DNA of 57,057 nucleotides, counting the filler, from Sphacelaria rigidula (Eukaryota): assembly GCA_964200075.2 (NCBI GenBank). It is 6 parts of 6 records of this genome, joined end to end, with 100 filler letters (N's around TTAATTAATTAA, not from the genome) between each part and the next. Parts side by side here need not be neighbours in the genome. Positions count along the whole stretch, not along the records: positions 19,056 to 28,481 come from CAXNAA020008527.1; positions 28,582 to 38,007 come from CAXNAA020008528.1; 4 more parts are not named here. One strand, given 5' to 3'. Under the pieces are notes generated by a model. The model saw only the letters and a program-made list of their open reading frames with translations, was not told the DNA's origin and did not search any database. The position numbers and the translations under genes are program-made. Shown in pieces: positions 23,090 to 35,840 of this stretch (within the stretch, counting starts at the first letter, position 1; every line of letters starts with the position of its first letter).

Positions 23090-26000
23090 TTGCTTAACCA
23101 GAGTGGGTTGGGGTTTGATGTGGATGATAATACAGAGGAATGGATAGATGATAATGGTGCTTCACACCATACCACTGGTTCAATGATTGATATGTTTGAT
23201 TTACGCCCCCCCCCCCCGAAAGGAAATGAACACGTGATCGTGGGGAACGGAACAATTCTCCCTGTCAGAGCAGTAGGGAGTTTGAAGCTCAAATTTCACA
23301 TGGGAAATTCCACCGCCCCAAAATCCATCGGTGCGTCCTCAGAATTTTGCGTGCAGCTGACTGATGTTTACGTTCTTGAAGGCATACATTTTAACCTTTT
23401 TTCTCTGCACCGAGTGCAAAGAAGCAAGATGTACTTTTGACTGAAACAGGAGTACACATGTTGGACGGTCGGCTTCGCTTCGATCGCAATGAGCAGTCTT
23501 CATCACAAATGGCCATTCGATTACCGTCAACATACCAAAACCCCCCACTTGCCGTGCCAGCTGCAGGTGTGACTTCTCCTCCTTCAAGTATTCGATTCCA
23601 GTCGGTTCTTCCGGCGAACGTTGTGAATTCAAGTATTGTTGGCGTCCAGTCCGCTTCACCCGCAAGTGTTGTTACTTCCCCTCCCCCAAGCATTCGATTC
23701 CAGTCCGTTCCTCCGACGAACGTGATGAATTCAAGTGTAGGTGTACAGTCCGCTTCACCTGCAAGCGTCGTTACTTCCCCTCCCCCAAGCATTCGATTCC
23801 AGTCCGTTCCTCCGGCGAACGTGGTAAATTCAAGTGTTGGCGTTCAGTCCGCTTCTCCTGGAAGTGTTGTACCTGATCTCACCAACGGTGTTGGTTCCCT
23901 CTGTGCAGTCCAAGGGCTCCACTGCCCAGACTTGAGTGTGTTCAAGGATAAAGCTCTGATGGCTGGATTTGACGTGACCCCTCCTTAAGATTGTTTTCCG
24001 CTTTTTCTGAGTGAAGAAATGGGGGTTGCGGCTGAAAACGGGACGGCCCTTGCTGTTCTTGCCGCCAGCTCTCACCCATTTTCACTTGGAAAACCGAAAC
24101 AAGGAGTCGACATTATTCTTTTTCACGTTTCCCTTCCCCACATTCATGAGACGTTACTGCGAGAAACTGCGGAACAACACAGGGCAATACATTGATGGGG
24201 GTACTAGCGACATGTGCGGGATGTTTGGAAGCGAAGGGACAGAGGGCAGGTATTCCGCGAAGCCTGGGCACGAGGGCAGCGACTGTACTTGCAGGGGGCA
24301 TCTCGACCTCACCGGCCCACACCCTCGTACTCTGAGTGCATCAACTCATACGCTGGGCTGGATCGACAGCAAGTCGCGCGTCATGATGTTTTATGGCCTC
24401 GCACGTAAGTCTAACACGCTGGCGAAGGTGAAATGTTTCATCGCCGACGTCAGCGCAATCGGTACCCCCGGTTGTTTTCGCATGGACAACGGGGGGGACT
24501 TCACCTCCAACGATTTCGGCGCCTTCTGTGACGACGGAACGATTCGTCATGAGTACACGGCCCCCGACACTCCAAAGCACAACGCTGTGGTGGAAAATGC
24601 AATTTGGAGGGTCATGAAGGGGGGCCATGCCGCCCGTCTCGAAGCGCGACATCTGTTCCCGGGGTGCCGCTTCGACGACATACCTCACCTGGGGGAGAAC
24701 AGGGAGCGCCTGTGGCTGGAGGCCGCGGTGTGGGCAGCGGACGGGTTCAATCGACCCGCCACTATGACGAATCCGGGAAGACTGTCGCCGTATGAAGTGT
24801 TCATCGGCAAGCGCCCGCCGCTACAGATTGTGCCGTTTCTGCAGCCCGGCATGGTGCGGGTCAACCGCCGAGGGAAGATGGATGTTCAGTCCGTGGCCTA
24901 CCATTACCTCAATATAGGCAGTAACCATTCTTCATCGACGGTGAAGGTCCTGAACGCTGCTACCGGTGCAGTCTGCTACACGAACAACGTTGTCTGGACG
25001 GTACCACGTGTGCCACTGCAATCGTCGGCACCGCCGCTCGTCAGGGGGGGAAAGCCCATTCCAGTACCGTCGCCGCCGCCGCCGCGCCATCCGGAGAGCA
25101 GCACCACGGGACGCAGCTCGTCGGGGGAGGGGGAGGTCCAGGCGCCGCTCGTCGGGGGGAAGGATGTTCATGGCAGCACCGCCGCCGCTGTAGCAACACC
25201 GCTGCTCCCGCCGACATGTCACACAGTGGAGTTCGAGCCGCCGCCGCCACCGCCGCGCCAGCGGACTCCGCCGACTAAGTCGATGCTGACGCCGCCGCGC
25301 CCGCCAACTCCGCCGACTCAGTCGATACTGCCACCGCCGCCGCGACCGACATTTCCACCGGTGCAGCACACGCGCCCCGTCCGTGGATTCCGCCGATGCA
25401 TCGATTGCCGCAGACATCCCCGCCGATCTTCCCCGGCTCTTCGGCCCCGATCCCATCAGCATCATCCTCGACTGCGTCGCGCGATGCATCATCCGCCTCT
25501 GAAGTGATGGATCATTCTTTTTCGCCGCTCCCAATAAACGTGAGGAAGGAGCTGGATCTGGAAACAGACCCCCGGTAGCCAGAGCGGACGCGGTCAGGGT
25601 CGACACAATACAAAACAAACAAGGCTGGACTCTTGCACCACAGCTGGGGACTCATGCAGCAGTTGGATAAGCGATCTTTGCTGTCTACTCTCCTCACGCG
25701 CGGCGTAGTTGATGCCGGGCGACAGGGCAAGGATGGTGAGAAAGGGGGGCGCGGGGGGATACCGATGTGACTCGCGACGAGGCTGGAGACGCGTGAAGAT
25801 ATAGATGCAGCTTTGCGCGAGCAGCGCCCGCCGCACATCCCACCGGAACTTCCACAATGTCCAGCATAGGATCTCAAGGTCCCCAACGGATACACGCAGG
25901 CGGTGCGCTCGGAGTAAGGTGATTTATGGAGGGATTCGATGGGGCGGGAATGGCGGGGAATTCTGGAGGCGGGGACGACAGACTCAGCGGAAGAGCAACT

Positions 26001-27416
26001 CGTGGACAACTGTATCCATGCAAAGTGGGTATATAACTGGAAGGCGAACGAGTTTGGATGGCCCACGAAGATAAAGTCGAGACAAGTAGCAAGAGGAAAT
26101 ATGCAGAGGGAGGACATAGACTTTGGAGAGTTGTATGCCCCGGCTGTAGCAGTTTCTAGCGTACGTTTGTTGGCGACTCTGGCTTGTGGGCAAAATCTTG
26201 CGTTGCGTCATTTTGACATATCGAACAGGCTTTTTTTGTACAGTTTGAGTTGGACGAGGATGTTTTCATGCGGTTGCCACTTGGCTGTGGAAGCTTATCT
26301 GGTAAAATAGTAAGACTCAACAAAATTTTGTACGGATTGAAACAAGCAAGTAGGCAATGGCATAATGACCTGGCGGAGTGTTTGTTTTGGGATTTGATCA
26401 GTGCTTGGCGGATTCCTGTGTGTTTCGGTTGATTGAGGATGGCAAGGTGATTCTCACTATAGTAGTACATGTAGATTATATATTCACAGTAGAAGAGAAG
26501 GGCAGATGTGACGAGTTTGGTAGGATCTCAGCACAATGGTTCCAGTCAAGAACCTCGGGGACTTGCGTTGGTATTCTGGACTGTACTCTGAGAGATATAT
26601 TGCAAGGGGGACTCTGGAAATTTCACAACAAACATACGCAGAGGAGTTGGCGAAGGAATACGGAGTAGAGTGGGGGAAGAGTATCCCCATCGCTGTTGGT
26701 GCGAAGCTTGAAGAGCTCAGTGTAACAGAGCAGGCAACTGAATTTCCGTTTCGGGAGTTGATAGGGTCACTGATGTGGCTGGCAACACAAACGAGGCCAG
26801 ACATATCTAACGCAGTACGTGCAGTAGCGAGGTACTGTGCCTCACCAAAACACTTTCATTGGCGTGCTGCGCTTAGTATTTTGGGGTATGTTAGGCGAAG
26901 AAGTTCGCTGGGGATTTCTTTTCGCAGAGGAAGCATACAGGAGTTGAGCTTTCATGTGTTTGCAGATGCCGACTACGCAAGTAAGGCAGCTGATAGGCGG
27001 TCGGTATCAGGAGGGCTAGTCATGTGTGGAGGTGGATTTGTGTCTTGGTTTTCAAGGACTCAGAAGTGTGTGACGCTGTCCACATTGGAAGCAGAGTACG
27101 TTGCCATGACAAATATCCTGAAGGAGGTATTGTTTTTTAGATAGGTTTGGCGTTCTTGTTGCCGCAGATGGGAATGCCATGCGTCCCTGCGTTTGAGGAT
27201 AATTAATGAGCTATTCAATTGGCAAAGGATCCAATCACGAACTCCATCTCCAAGCACATCGATGTACGGCGTCATTTTATCAGAGATTTGGTTGGGAGGA
27301 ACGAGGTTTCGGTTATTCACGTGAGATCGGATTATCAACATGGAGATTTCCTCACTGAAGTGTTGCCGAGGGAGTCTTTTGAGTTTCATCGTAAAATTGT
27401 CCTGAATTTTATGTAG
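23090..27416 (+). pseudogene. Copia pol (protease, integrase, reverse transcriptase, RNase H), multiple stops and frameshifts
   Basis: Protease EWIDDNGASHHTTG; integrase HLDLTGP...FRMDNGGDF...TAPDTPKHNAVVE...LWLEAAVWAADGFNR; RT KWVYNWK...KSRQVARGNMQ, LYGLKQASRQW, FRELIGSLMWLATQTRPDI; RNase H FADADYA...RRSVSG, SKHIDVRRHFIRD. Confidence 0.92.
23567..23870 (+). repeat. Three in-frame tandem copies of a 99-bp (33-aa) unit inside copia pol
   Basis: VTSPPPSIRFQSVPPANVVNSSVGVQSASPASV x3; GTTACTTCCCCTCCCCCAAGC at 23671 and 23770. Confidence 0.9.
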
Positions 27417-28186
27417 AGTCTGCAGCATACGGGTACATTGGTTTGGTTTGAGTTGGTTTGATTTGTTTTCGGGGACATTTATCCACCCCGGAAAAGTAGG
27501 GGTACGAGGCCATGGTTGCAAGATTTTCAAGTTTGCAGTGAATTGTTTTTCATCCTTGACAAGTACGGCCGGATTTGACTTTTTTGTTACAGACAAAATA
27601 TTCTTCAATGGTTTTTAGTGTTGGATTTCGATCTTCGACGGGTACGGCCGGATTTGATTTTTTGTTGCAGACAAAAAAAATTCAATGGTTTCTAGTGATG
27701 GACTTCAAGTGCCACAAAAGTTACCGTGGTGATTATCGGAAACTGGACTGGTTTTCAACTTTGCGTTTGGTTGATGTATTTTTCTATATTGTCGAATATA
27801 TCTCTGGAATTTTTGACATTTTGGTGTGCGAGATTTGAGTTTCTGAACCCAAATTCTTTTTTAGTACTGAAAAGCGTGATGGGATAGAGAAAGAGAACGA
27901 ATATGTCATGACGTATTCAGGAAAGGACTGAAGAATGGAGTTTCAGTTTGCTAAGTAGATGACGTGCCCGTATGCCTGTACACAGGTGGGAGTTTTTTTT
28001 TTGTGTTTCGGTAATATAGGATTGAATAGTGTCGTTTTCGGGATGAAGCATCCTCATACATTCAGATAAAATACTTATATTGGGGTTTGAGACATGAGTA
28101 GAATTAGGCCGTGAGTAGGAGGGCTAATCGAATATGAGAGTATGAGACTTGAGAATTGAGTACAGTTGAGCCGTGAGTAGGAGGGC

Positions 28187-28481
28187 TAATCGAAAATTCT
28201 CACGCTCAATGATAGAGACATGTAAACAGGCCTGGATGCGAGGGAAGTGGATATTGTGATTGATTCATGACATATGGGTGAAGGGCAAATAAGAGATACA
28301 GTTCTGTTATTAAAGGTATACCCGATGTGTTGGTTGCAGCAAATATCTGCTGAGGCGTACACGCCCAATCGCGTGGCCAAGGAATCAGGCTCTGACGTGT
28401 TATTTTTGCATGATGAGTGGTTTTTCATGATTGAACCCCGCCCCTTTTTTGGTAGTGCACTATTTGTTTTTTTTACGTTTT
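28187..28481 (+). repeat. 3' LTR of the copia element (truncated), preceded by a polypurine tract
   Basis: PPT GAGTAGGAGGG lies just upstream; near identical to 20537-20831. Confidence 0.9.
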
Positions 28482-28581
28482 NNNNNNNNNNNNNNNNNNN
28501 NNNNNNNNNNNNNNNNNNNNNNNNNTTAATTAATTAANNNNNNNNNNNNNNNNNNNNNNNNNNNNNNNNNNNNNNNNNNNN
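28482..28581. other. Artificial scaffold linker
   Basis: N44-TTAATTAATTAA-N44. Confidence 0.98.
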
Positions 28582-29552
28582 CCGACTCATCATACTAAAA
28601 TCAGGTATTTTTCAGACGAATCATTATTTGTCCGACCCTTGAAATCTGGCAAAGGGTTTTGGGTTATGCCCTACATGAACTTTTATTTAGTATGTGAAGT
28701 ATGCCTTTTTTATATCCATGAGAAAGACTCTTTTGAAGAAGAAAAAAAAACCCGGCGGACTGTGAATCACACTTGTGAGAACCCAAGATACCTTATAGTT
28801 CTGTCCAAGAACCTTTTATTGGTTCTATTCATGGGAATGTTCTAGCAATGAGGAAGGTCCTAAGACGTCCGCTAGATCTTTGGAGGATGGTCTTTTTGTC
28901 TCGGAATACCGGGACAAAATCAGACCGAATATATTGAAGAGTCATAAAACGTTGTACACACCAAACCCAAGGTGATCTACACGTTGAACTGAACATCAGG
29001 CCAATGTCTGTCGGTACGTGATCCCTTGATCCATGTCCTGTTGTCTGAGATGAGGTACAGGGATAGATCGCAGATCATCCCCACCTCATCTCACAACGAT
29101 TACAACCACTCTTCTTCTCTTCACCTCCACTCTGTCTGTCAAGCTCACTCGAGCTCTGTCCTGTCCACTCAACGCTACCGACTTACCTTAACTGGAAAGA
29201 GCACTCTGCGTTTCGCTTGCGTTTCGCCGAGAGTGTTATTATTATTTTATTATTATTATTTCCGCACATTAGTCCGATCTCGCGAACCCGTGGTCACAGA
29301 CGTAGGCTCGCCTTTCCAATACCGTCCCTGCTATTCCTCAGTGTAAGGGTTCAAATCCCTTCGTCGGTCTTCTCATCATATACGACTCTTATCGGCGTCG
29401 ACGGTACTTCAAGCCGAGTATCTTAGGACGATGGACAAAAAAATCGCACAGCAAGAACTGGAAAGGGAGACATGGGAGAAGTACATACACGATTAACCTA
29501 TGTACATGTATAGGTGAAGATGTAGATATGTACATATGTAGATACAGATATA

Positions 29553-30083
29553 CTTCCTCTGTCCCATAAGTAGAGGTACCTAAATTTGTACGGGCCCTTT
29601 ACGATGTCCGATCGTTATTTTTTTGTGAACTCTACGGTGTTTCTTAGGTCAAGAAAACGTGTTTGAAATTTGCAGCTCGTCCTTGAACCATGCCGCCGAA
29701 CGACTGCAAAACAAGTAGTCTGCCCAAGAATGGCCGTTTTTTTCCCCTTTCCGAGGGAAAAAAAAATGTCGATTTTTTTTATTGATTTTTTTTGATCGCC
29801 CCCACCTCCACTGGGGTTGCTGCCAGGAAGTCCCACGCGACTAGATTTTTTTTTTCCCGACACTTTTTTCCCCCTCGGAAAGGGGTAAAAAACGGCCATT
29901 TTTGGGCCGACTACTTTTTTTTGCAGTCGTTGGGCGGCATGGTTCGAGCACGAGCTGCAAATTTTAACCACATTTCCTTAACCCAAGAAACACCGTAGAG
30001 TTCATTAAAAGAGAAAAAAAACGATCGGACATCGTTAAGGGTCCGTACAAATTTAGGTACCTTTACTTATGGGACAGAGGAAG
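29553..30083. mobile_element. Stowaway-like (Tc1/mariner-type) MITE, 531 bp, TA TSD, ~220-bp inverted arms
   Basis: TA|CTTCCTCTGTCCCATAAGTA ... TACTTATGGGACAGAGGAAG|TA; the arms stay complementary to about 29772/29858. Confidence 0.92.
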
Positions 30084-30745
30084 TAGATACATATCGTATG
30101 GTTGGATTGGATGGTTGATTGATCGGTTGATTATCGCACATCGAGTGAGTGATCTGCTAGGAATAGGTCTGGGGTGAGGGTCAAGAGATTGACATGCGCG
30201 CCTAACGAGTTGACGTGAGGGAGAAACACTCCTGAAACAAAATATCTAGATATGGGTATACAAAACAAACACAACACGTATTTCGATTGGCTGATTGATT
30301 GTCGCACGTTATCTGATGCCCCAGGAGTCATGATCCAGCCGTGGTCATTATCCACATGATAGACGTACGTAACCGAGATGAAAACGAAACAAAGCGGAAA
30401 AGACTCCCTCGAGAAAAGTGACAGAAGAACCTCCGGGAAGAACAGACAGATAGCGTAGAACAAGAGAAGAGGAGAGGGAGAAACCCCCCCTCCCCCCCCC
30501 AGCAGAACGCTAGAAATGGCCGGCCTCTGCGACATGGTATCGGTCGAAATGATTTTGTGCAAAACACGTATTATATGATATTCATATTTGTCCATACAGT
30601 TATCGATAAGATAACAAAAGTTGTACTAATGTACTTCCTAGTAGAGGCACTGACGAATGCACGAGTCATCAGTACGTAAGAGACAACGAACATAAAGAAA
30701 CACGACCACAACTGCCTGCCGCCGCCAACATAACTTATTCTTCAG

Positions 30746-33700
30746 GTGAGCGAATCCACCGCTTCGGTGAACTTGTCGTACATGACGGATATCCGGATCC
30801 TTGCGATACGCTCGTGCATCAAAGATGGACAGTGGGAGCTGGCGGAGGAGATGTTCGACGCGATCCGCTTCGCTTCACACACGAGGGTGAGTAAGAGAAA
30901 CAGAACAGATCAGACGACTGGTGAAGAGTACAGTGCACATATACGAAGCAAGATTAACAATCTTACGCCAAAATATAATTAGAAGCTAAAATACATGAGA
31001 GTGCCCGCACTATATTCGTGAATTCTCGCACTTGAGCCGCATTAAAAAATCGTTGCACTTTTGGAACAGACATTTTGGTTGTTGAAGTTCTCGAGCGTGG
31101 TTGGAGTCAGCACCATGAATCTTGGGGCATGAGTCGGACATGAGACAGGAAGCATGTGCATCAGTCGGCGGCATGTTCGGGCGTGCAGGAAAGTTAAACG
31201 AAGCGATTATCTTGTATTCTCGGCAATTTCAGCTGTACGCCCTCAAATCGGCTCTCTCGCAGCCCAGAGCTCGTACACCGTGAGTACATGCATATCTATC
31301 TGGACACGCTGGTGCACTCGCTCCTACATCATGAACACCTGGGGGGAGGGGGGGGGGGGGCGCTGTGCTTGCAAGCAATCACAGATCTGCACTGGGATAC
31401 GGTACGGGTGCACTTGTCAGTCCACACGTTTCCCAAACGTTTTTTGAGGCCGGGCACTGAGGCCCAGATGTTTGCCATCCAGAGGCTCCGACTGTGCAGA
31501 GCCTCGAAAACAAATGTGCACCCCTACCGTGGAACCACTCCTCTGGACAACGACAAAATGTAGAAAGTCATTCAGACATCGCCTATAGATGTGCTCAGTT
31601 CGAGAAGCACGGTCGTACGCACGCTGTCGGCGTTGCAACTGGCTGACGGTTCGGCTACATGTCATGTAAACCATAGTCAACAAGCTCTTCTGCCTCGATC
31701 TGGGGGTGCGCGTTGAAGCAGTGCGCGACGAGGTGAAAATAGGTTAAATTCTGTTCCAAAATCGTTTTTTTTTTTCGTTTGGCTCAGGACTGTTATAGGC
31801 GCGCCTGACCCCCCAAAATGGGCAAAAAAAGTGTCACCGACCAAAAGCACGAACAGACACGAACATACCGACTTGTGGGGCTTATCCGGGCTCGTCGGGT
31901 GAAATGTGCCTCACGTCATCGGAAGAGAACGGCATGGATCCAAAATTCATATCGAGAAAGAGTGTACTGCATTCAAAGATCAGAACCCTATCGTTATTTC
32001 CGTTGTTTTTCCTCATATACTACATGCCACTGGGTCGCTTTTCGTCCGCGCTTGCGATACCCTGGCATGCAAGGAGGCTGGTTCTGTTGAACAAACCCAA
32101 CGCACACCGGGAACACTCGGGCAAGGGCGGTACATACATTCCCTGCATAAAGTGAGACCTTGGTGGACCCCTAATCGGCGCCTGTGGCACCGATTTCAAC
32201 GAAAACGCGTTGTGCGCAGCCGAGGAGCACACGGGACCGTCAGCCCTACTAAAATTCCAATTCTCGTCGTACGCACTCAAATCAAGTAATATCAACCATG
32301 AACATTTGTAGCCCAACGGCGGTAAGTGAAACCAGGAAGCTGAACCATTGTTTTAGAGGGATGCGGATCAAAGTTTGGCCAACATGATATGCTTAACATG
32401 CGACAAAGTCATACGTACTGATGAACTTCAACGAGGACGGGCCTTACACAGACGAGTGGAGTACAAATAGTCACCGAATGTGTAATGTGGGCTGGGCGGG
32501 TGTTGGTCCACCACCTCGTCATGGTTTGAGGAGCTTGATTTATCGACTGTCATGATTCCACAGCTTTTGTCGAACAAATGACTCGCGTTTCGAAGTGTAT
32601 TTGTTGTTCCGTGGGCATGGCTTCTCATTTGATGACTATGATATTCATTAGCTCTTTGACCGCGACGGTTGGTCACATGCTGAATCGGCATCATTTTTCA
32701 CTTGAAACAAGTATGCAGTGTTCAGATGGACTACCCTCGCGGTCTAGACCCCAAAGATTTTGTCTTGCAAGAGGGAATGAAAACAAACCTTCGTCCGTTA
32801 CCCACCAGTACCGATACAACAGGTGCGTGTCCTAGGACGTGTGGGTCCACTGAAAGGTATGAATGAAGCTTCGGTGCCATGTGGCTTCAGCAAAAGTGGG
32901 CGGACGACCTTATGCTGTCTTTTGGGTCGTCTTAACGCAGTATATATACGTCACCATTCGGGGGAGGGTAAGTTGGCTCATCTTGATCTTCGTGTGGAAA
33001 CCGAAATCCAGATCTTTCATGGGGGCTGTGCTCCTAGCATGCCCAAAACGCGTTTTCGTCTAAATCGGCGCCTGGGGCGCCGCTTTGAGCTCTGGCAACG
33101 CACCCTTTGCCCAGGCAACACGTTGCACCCCCCTCGCCCGAGGGTTCTCGGTATGCCTTCGTTGTGGTTGGGGTTAGGGTCAGTCCTGTACTTTGTTCTC
33201 TCCGCTGCTGCGAGGTCGCGAAGATGATCCCAGCTTCTGGGGGTTTGGTCGAAGGTTTAAATTCTACACCTGTCGAACATTCCACATATCTGATGTATCA
33301 ACCATCTGCAATATCAAGAGTCATTCACGGGTGTCATCTGTTCTGAGGCCGTTAGACAGGGGTGAGGTTTTCGCGTGTCGCCGAAACTGGCGAGGGCTGG
33401 GGGCGCTTGTTTGGGCTGATAGCCCAATCTGTTTCAGTAAAGACTCCTAACCAAGGCCATCGATTGGGAAACGAATCTTTGCATCACCTGCGCCGAAACC
33501 ACGGCTACAACTTTCGTGCTTGGATTTTTTTAATTCACCAGCATCCGAGTTTTATAACGAATGAAGTGGAAAAAATATAGTTTTTTTTTGCGGTTGTCCC
33601 GATCACCATAACTTTTTTCGCCAAACTGAACACCAACATCGTAGCTTACACAAATACACGCCGGTGAGTGGCCGAGCCATGCCGTGGTTCGTACTCCGGG

Positions 33701-35801
33701 ACGAGAAAACTTCGAAACCGTGAAATGGAAACCCCACTCGAATCGGAAGTGCTTTGGGTGATTTTACGGTGTGCATATTCAGGGAATGAACAAGATCTGC
33801 GGTCTGTTCGTGTTTTTGGTCGGTGACACTTTTTTGGCTCATTTTGGGGGGTCAGGCGCGCCCATAACTGTGGAACCTTTCGTAATCGCAAGGACAACAA
33901 CACGCCTTTTTTTTTTTTTTCTATTTTTAATATGGCTCGGAATGCGAACGAACCAATCGCATCGACAGTTGGCATACATAACCAACCGGACAGATGGTAT
34001 ATATAACCAATGAAGCTGGAGTCACCAAAAGAGGAGCGTGAATGGTGGAAGAAGTGCGACATGAAGGAAGAGCGTGCAGCGAAAACAACGCGCCTGTTTT
34101 ATAGGTTGTGTGGAGTGCGAAGTAACAAATCGCATCGACAGATGGATGGCATACATTACTTACTGAGCTGAAGCCACCAGAAGAGGAGCGTGAATAGTTG
34201 AAGAAGTGCGGCACGAAAGAGAGGCGTTCGAAGAGTTGATGCAACTTCGTTTTTGTCTTCGTACACTACAAGAGTGTGTGATGAATTTTGCGAAATGATT
34301 CGCGATCGTAGCTACAAAAGCTCAGTGCGGTTCTCAAAGTACACAACTTGATTTTAGTACAAAAAAATCAATGAATGTGAAATCTCAGAGCTCAGCCATC
34401 ATGGGACCTCGTCGGAGAAGAAAGGTGAGTGTTCGTCAATGAACAAGCAAGAGAGGAGCAGGCACACCACCCCAAGAAAGGAGCTGGGCAAGCACTCAAA
34501 AATGACCTTGTTACAGCAAATGTATCCACCTATTTTGCACCCCTAACCGAGGTGGACGGCGGTTACAACGTCCGTAGAAGGTGCCGTGACGGCTATCTGC
34601 GGTGATGGCGCTGTCAGTAAGGGACCAGCGTTGGCGCGGGAAGAAGTCGCCGCTGTACTACATATTTATTTTCGAACACAAAATGTCCAACATTGGAGAG
34701 CGACAATGTCGTGGGTGCACAAGATTCGGCTTGATGGTCGACGAGGGAAAGGGACTGCTGAATCCCTTTCGCGATAAGACATGTAGGCAAGCACCGCAGG
34801 AGGAGAGGTGGAGAACTAAAACAAACAAGAGAGAAAAAAACTCCTGTGTTGGCCCTCCTCCTGTGTGACCCCGGCTGGTAGGCCCACATACACAGAAAGG
34901 AATGGACCGGCGTCCAGAATAGATCGGAAGACAACACACACAACACTGTAGTATAGCACTTGCGGCAGACAAGTGGAGGATCCCGTGGCCAGTGTACATG
35001 TCCATCATCGACGAGAAAGCGCGCTTTGGCCGCCCACCCACCAAGGCCATCCATCGCGGCGACCGGTGTAGCCAGCACATGAACGGCAGCGATAGGTAAT
35101 GTGATTGACGGACAACTTGCTTGCTGTGGGATAAGTAACATCCCCAACACACGCCGCTGTTGGGTACATTCGCGTTGGAACCTCTGTACTGTGTAATGAA
35201 TTTCATCCTGTGCGGTATGACTACTGCAAGTGTTTTAAAGATTGAAAAAAAAAAAAATACCGTGTCGTACTGACTATTATACTACTCTTGTAGTGCTGGT
35301 AAAAATCTTGCAAATAAAAAAAAGGTCGCCTGCATCAAATCGCCTGTAAAAACCAAAATAATTGTAACAGTCACTCCTCCCCACCTCGTCCTCTTCCCTT
35401 GTCCACCCTCCCCTCCTGTCGTCTCCTGTCGTCTCCTGTCGTCTCCTCTCCTCAAAACAACAAAAACAAAAATTGGCAACAGATCCCGCCGGCCCGAGCC
35501 TACACGGCCTTAATAGAAGCCTGCGCAAGAGCCAGGAAGGGCGCTCACGCGCGCGCGCTCTTCAAAGAGCTGGCTGTCGCCGGAGGCCCCCTCAACCAGC
35601 CGGACCTGGAGTGCTACAACGCTTTAATCGCGGCGTGCGCCATGAGTGGGGAGTGGGAGACGGCCGTGAAGATTCTCAAGCTAGAGATGCCGCAGGCGGG
35701 CATTAGGCCCGACAGCAAGGCGTACGAGCTTGCGATCACTGGCTGCGGCCGGGCCAAGAGATGGGAGTCGGCTCTGGCGCTCCTTAACGAGCAAAGATTG
35801 G
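30746..35801 (+). CDS. Second PPR protein gene, partial; supported exons 30746-30886 and 35483-35801, intervening exons unresolved
   Basis: AG/GT-bounded exons encode LAIRSCIKDGQWELAEEMFDAI and AYTALIEACARARKGAHARALFKEL...PDLECYNALIAACAMSGEWETAVKILKLEMPQAGIRPDSKAYELAITGCGRAKRWESALALLNE. That both exons belong to one gene is an assumption. Confidence 0.75.
31790..33870. mobile_element. ~69-bp inverted repeats bracketing 2.08 kb; possible non-autonomous DNA element
   Basis: CTGTTATAGGCGCGCCTGACCCCCCAAAATG...GTGTCACCGACCAAAAGCACGAACAGAC (31790-31858) and its revcomp at about 33802-33870. No TSD seen. Confidence 0.55.
33926..34228. repeat. Diverged tandem duplication (two copies, about 170-bp period)
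   Basis: AATCGCATCGACAG...TGGCATACAT...CACCA(A/G)AAGAGGAGCGTGAAT...GAAGAAGTGCG occurs twice. Confidence 0.7.
34688..34946 (+). mobile_element. 5'-truncated copy of the tRNA-SINE
   Basis: TGGAGAGCGAC...GGTCGACGAGGGAAAGGGACTGCTGAA...CCTCCTGTGTGACCCC...CGTCCAGAATAGATCGGAAGACAACACACAC. Confidence 0.85.
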
Positions 35802-35840
35802 GTAGGTTGGTTGGTCGGACGGGATGGAAGGGGGGTTGCT

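Larger units (their letters stand above)
20537..28481 (+). mobile_element. Ty1/copia LTR retrotransposon, near full length, coding region decayed; 3' LTR cut off by the scaffold end
   Basis: Domain order gag - CCHC knuckle - protease - integrase - RT - RNase H between direct repeats at 20537 and 28187. Confidence 0.95.

Noticed and set aside
34389-35095. Candidate small exons of the second PPR gene (34389-34424, 34969-35095)
   Set aside because: Plausible splice sites, but the phases could not be reconciled with the 35483 exon; left unannotated.
4795-35801. Apparent clustering of two PPR genes
   Set aside because: They are on different scaffolds joined artificially.
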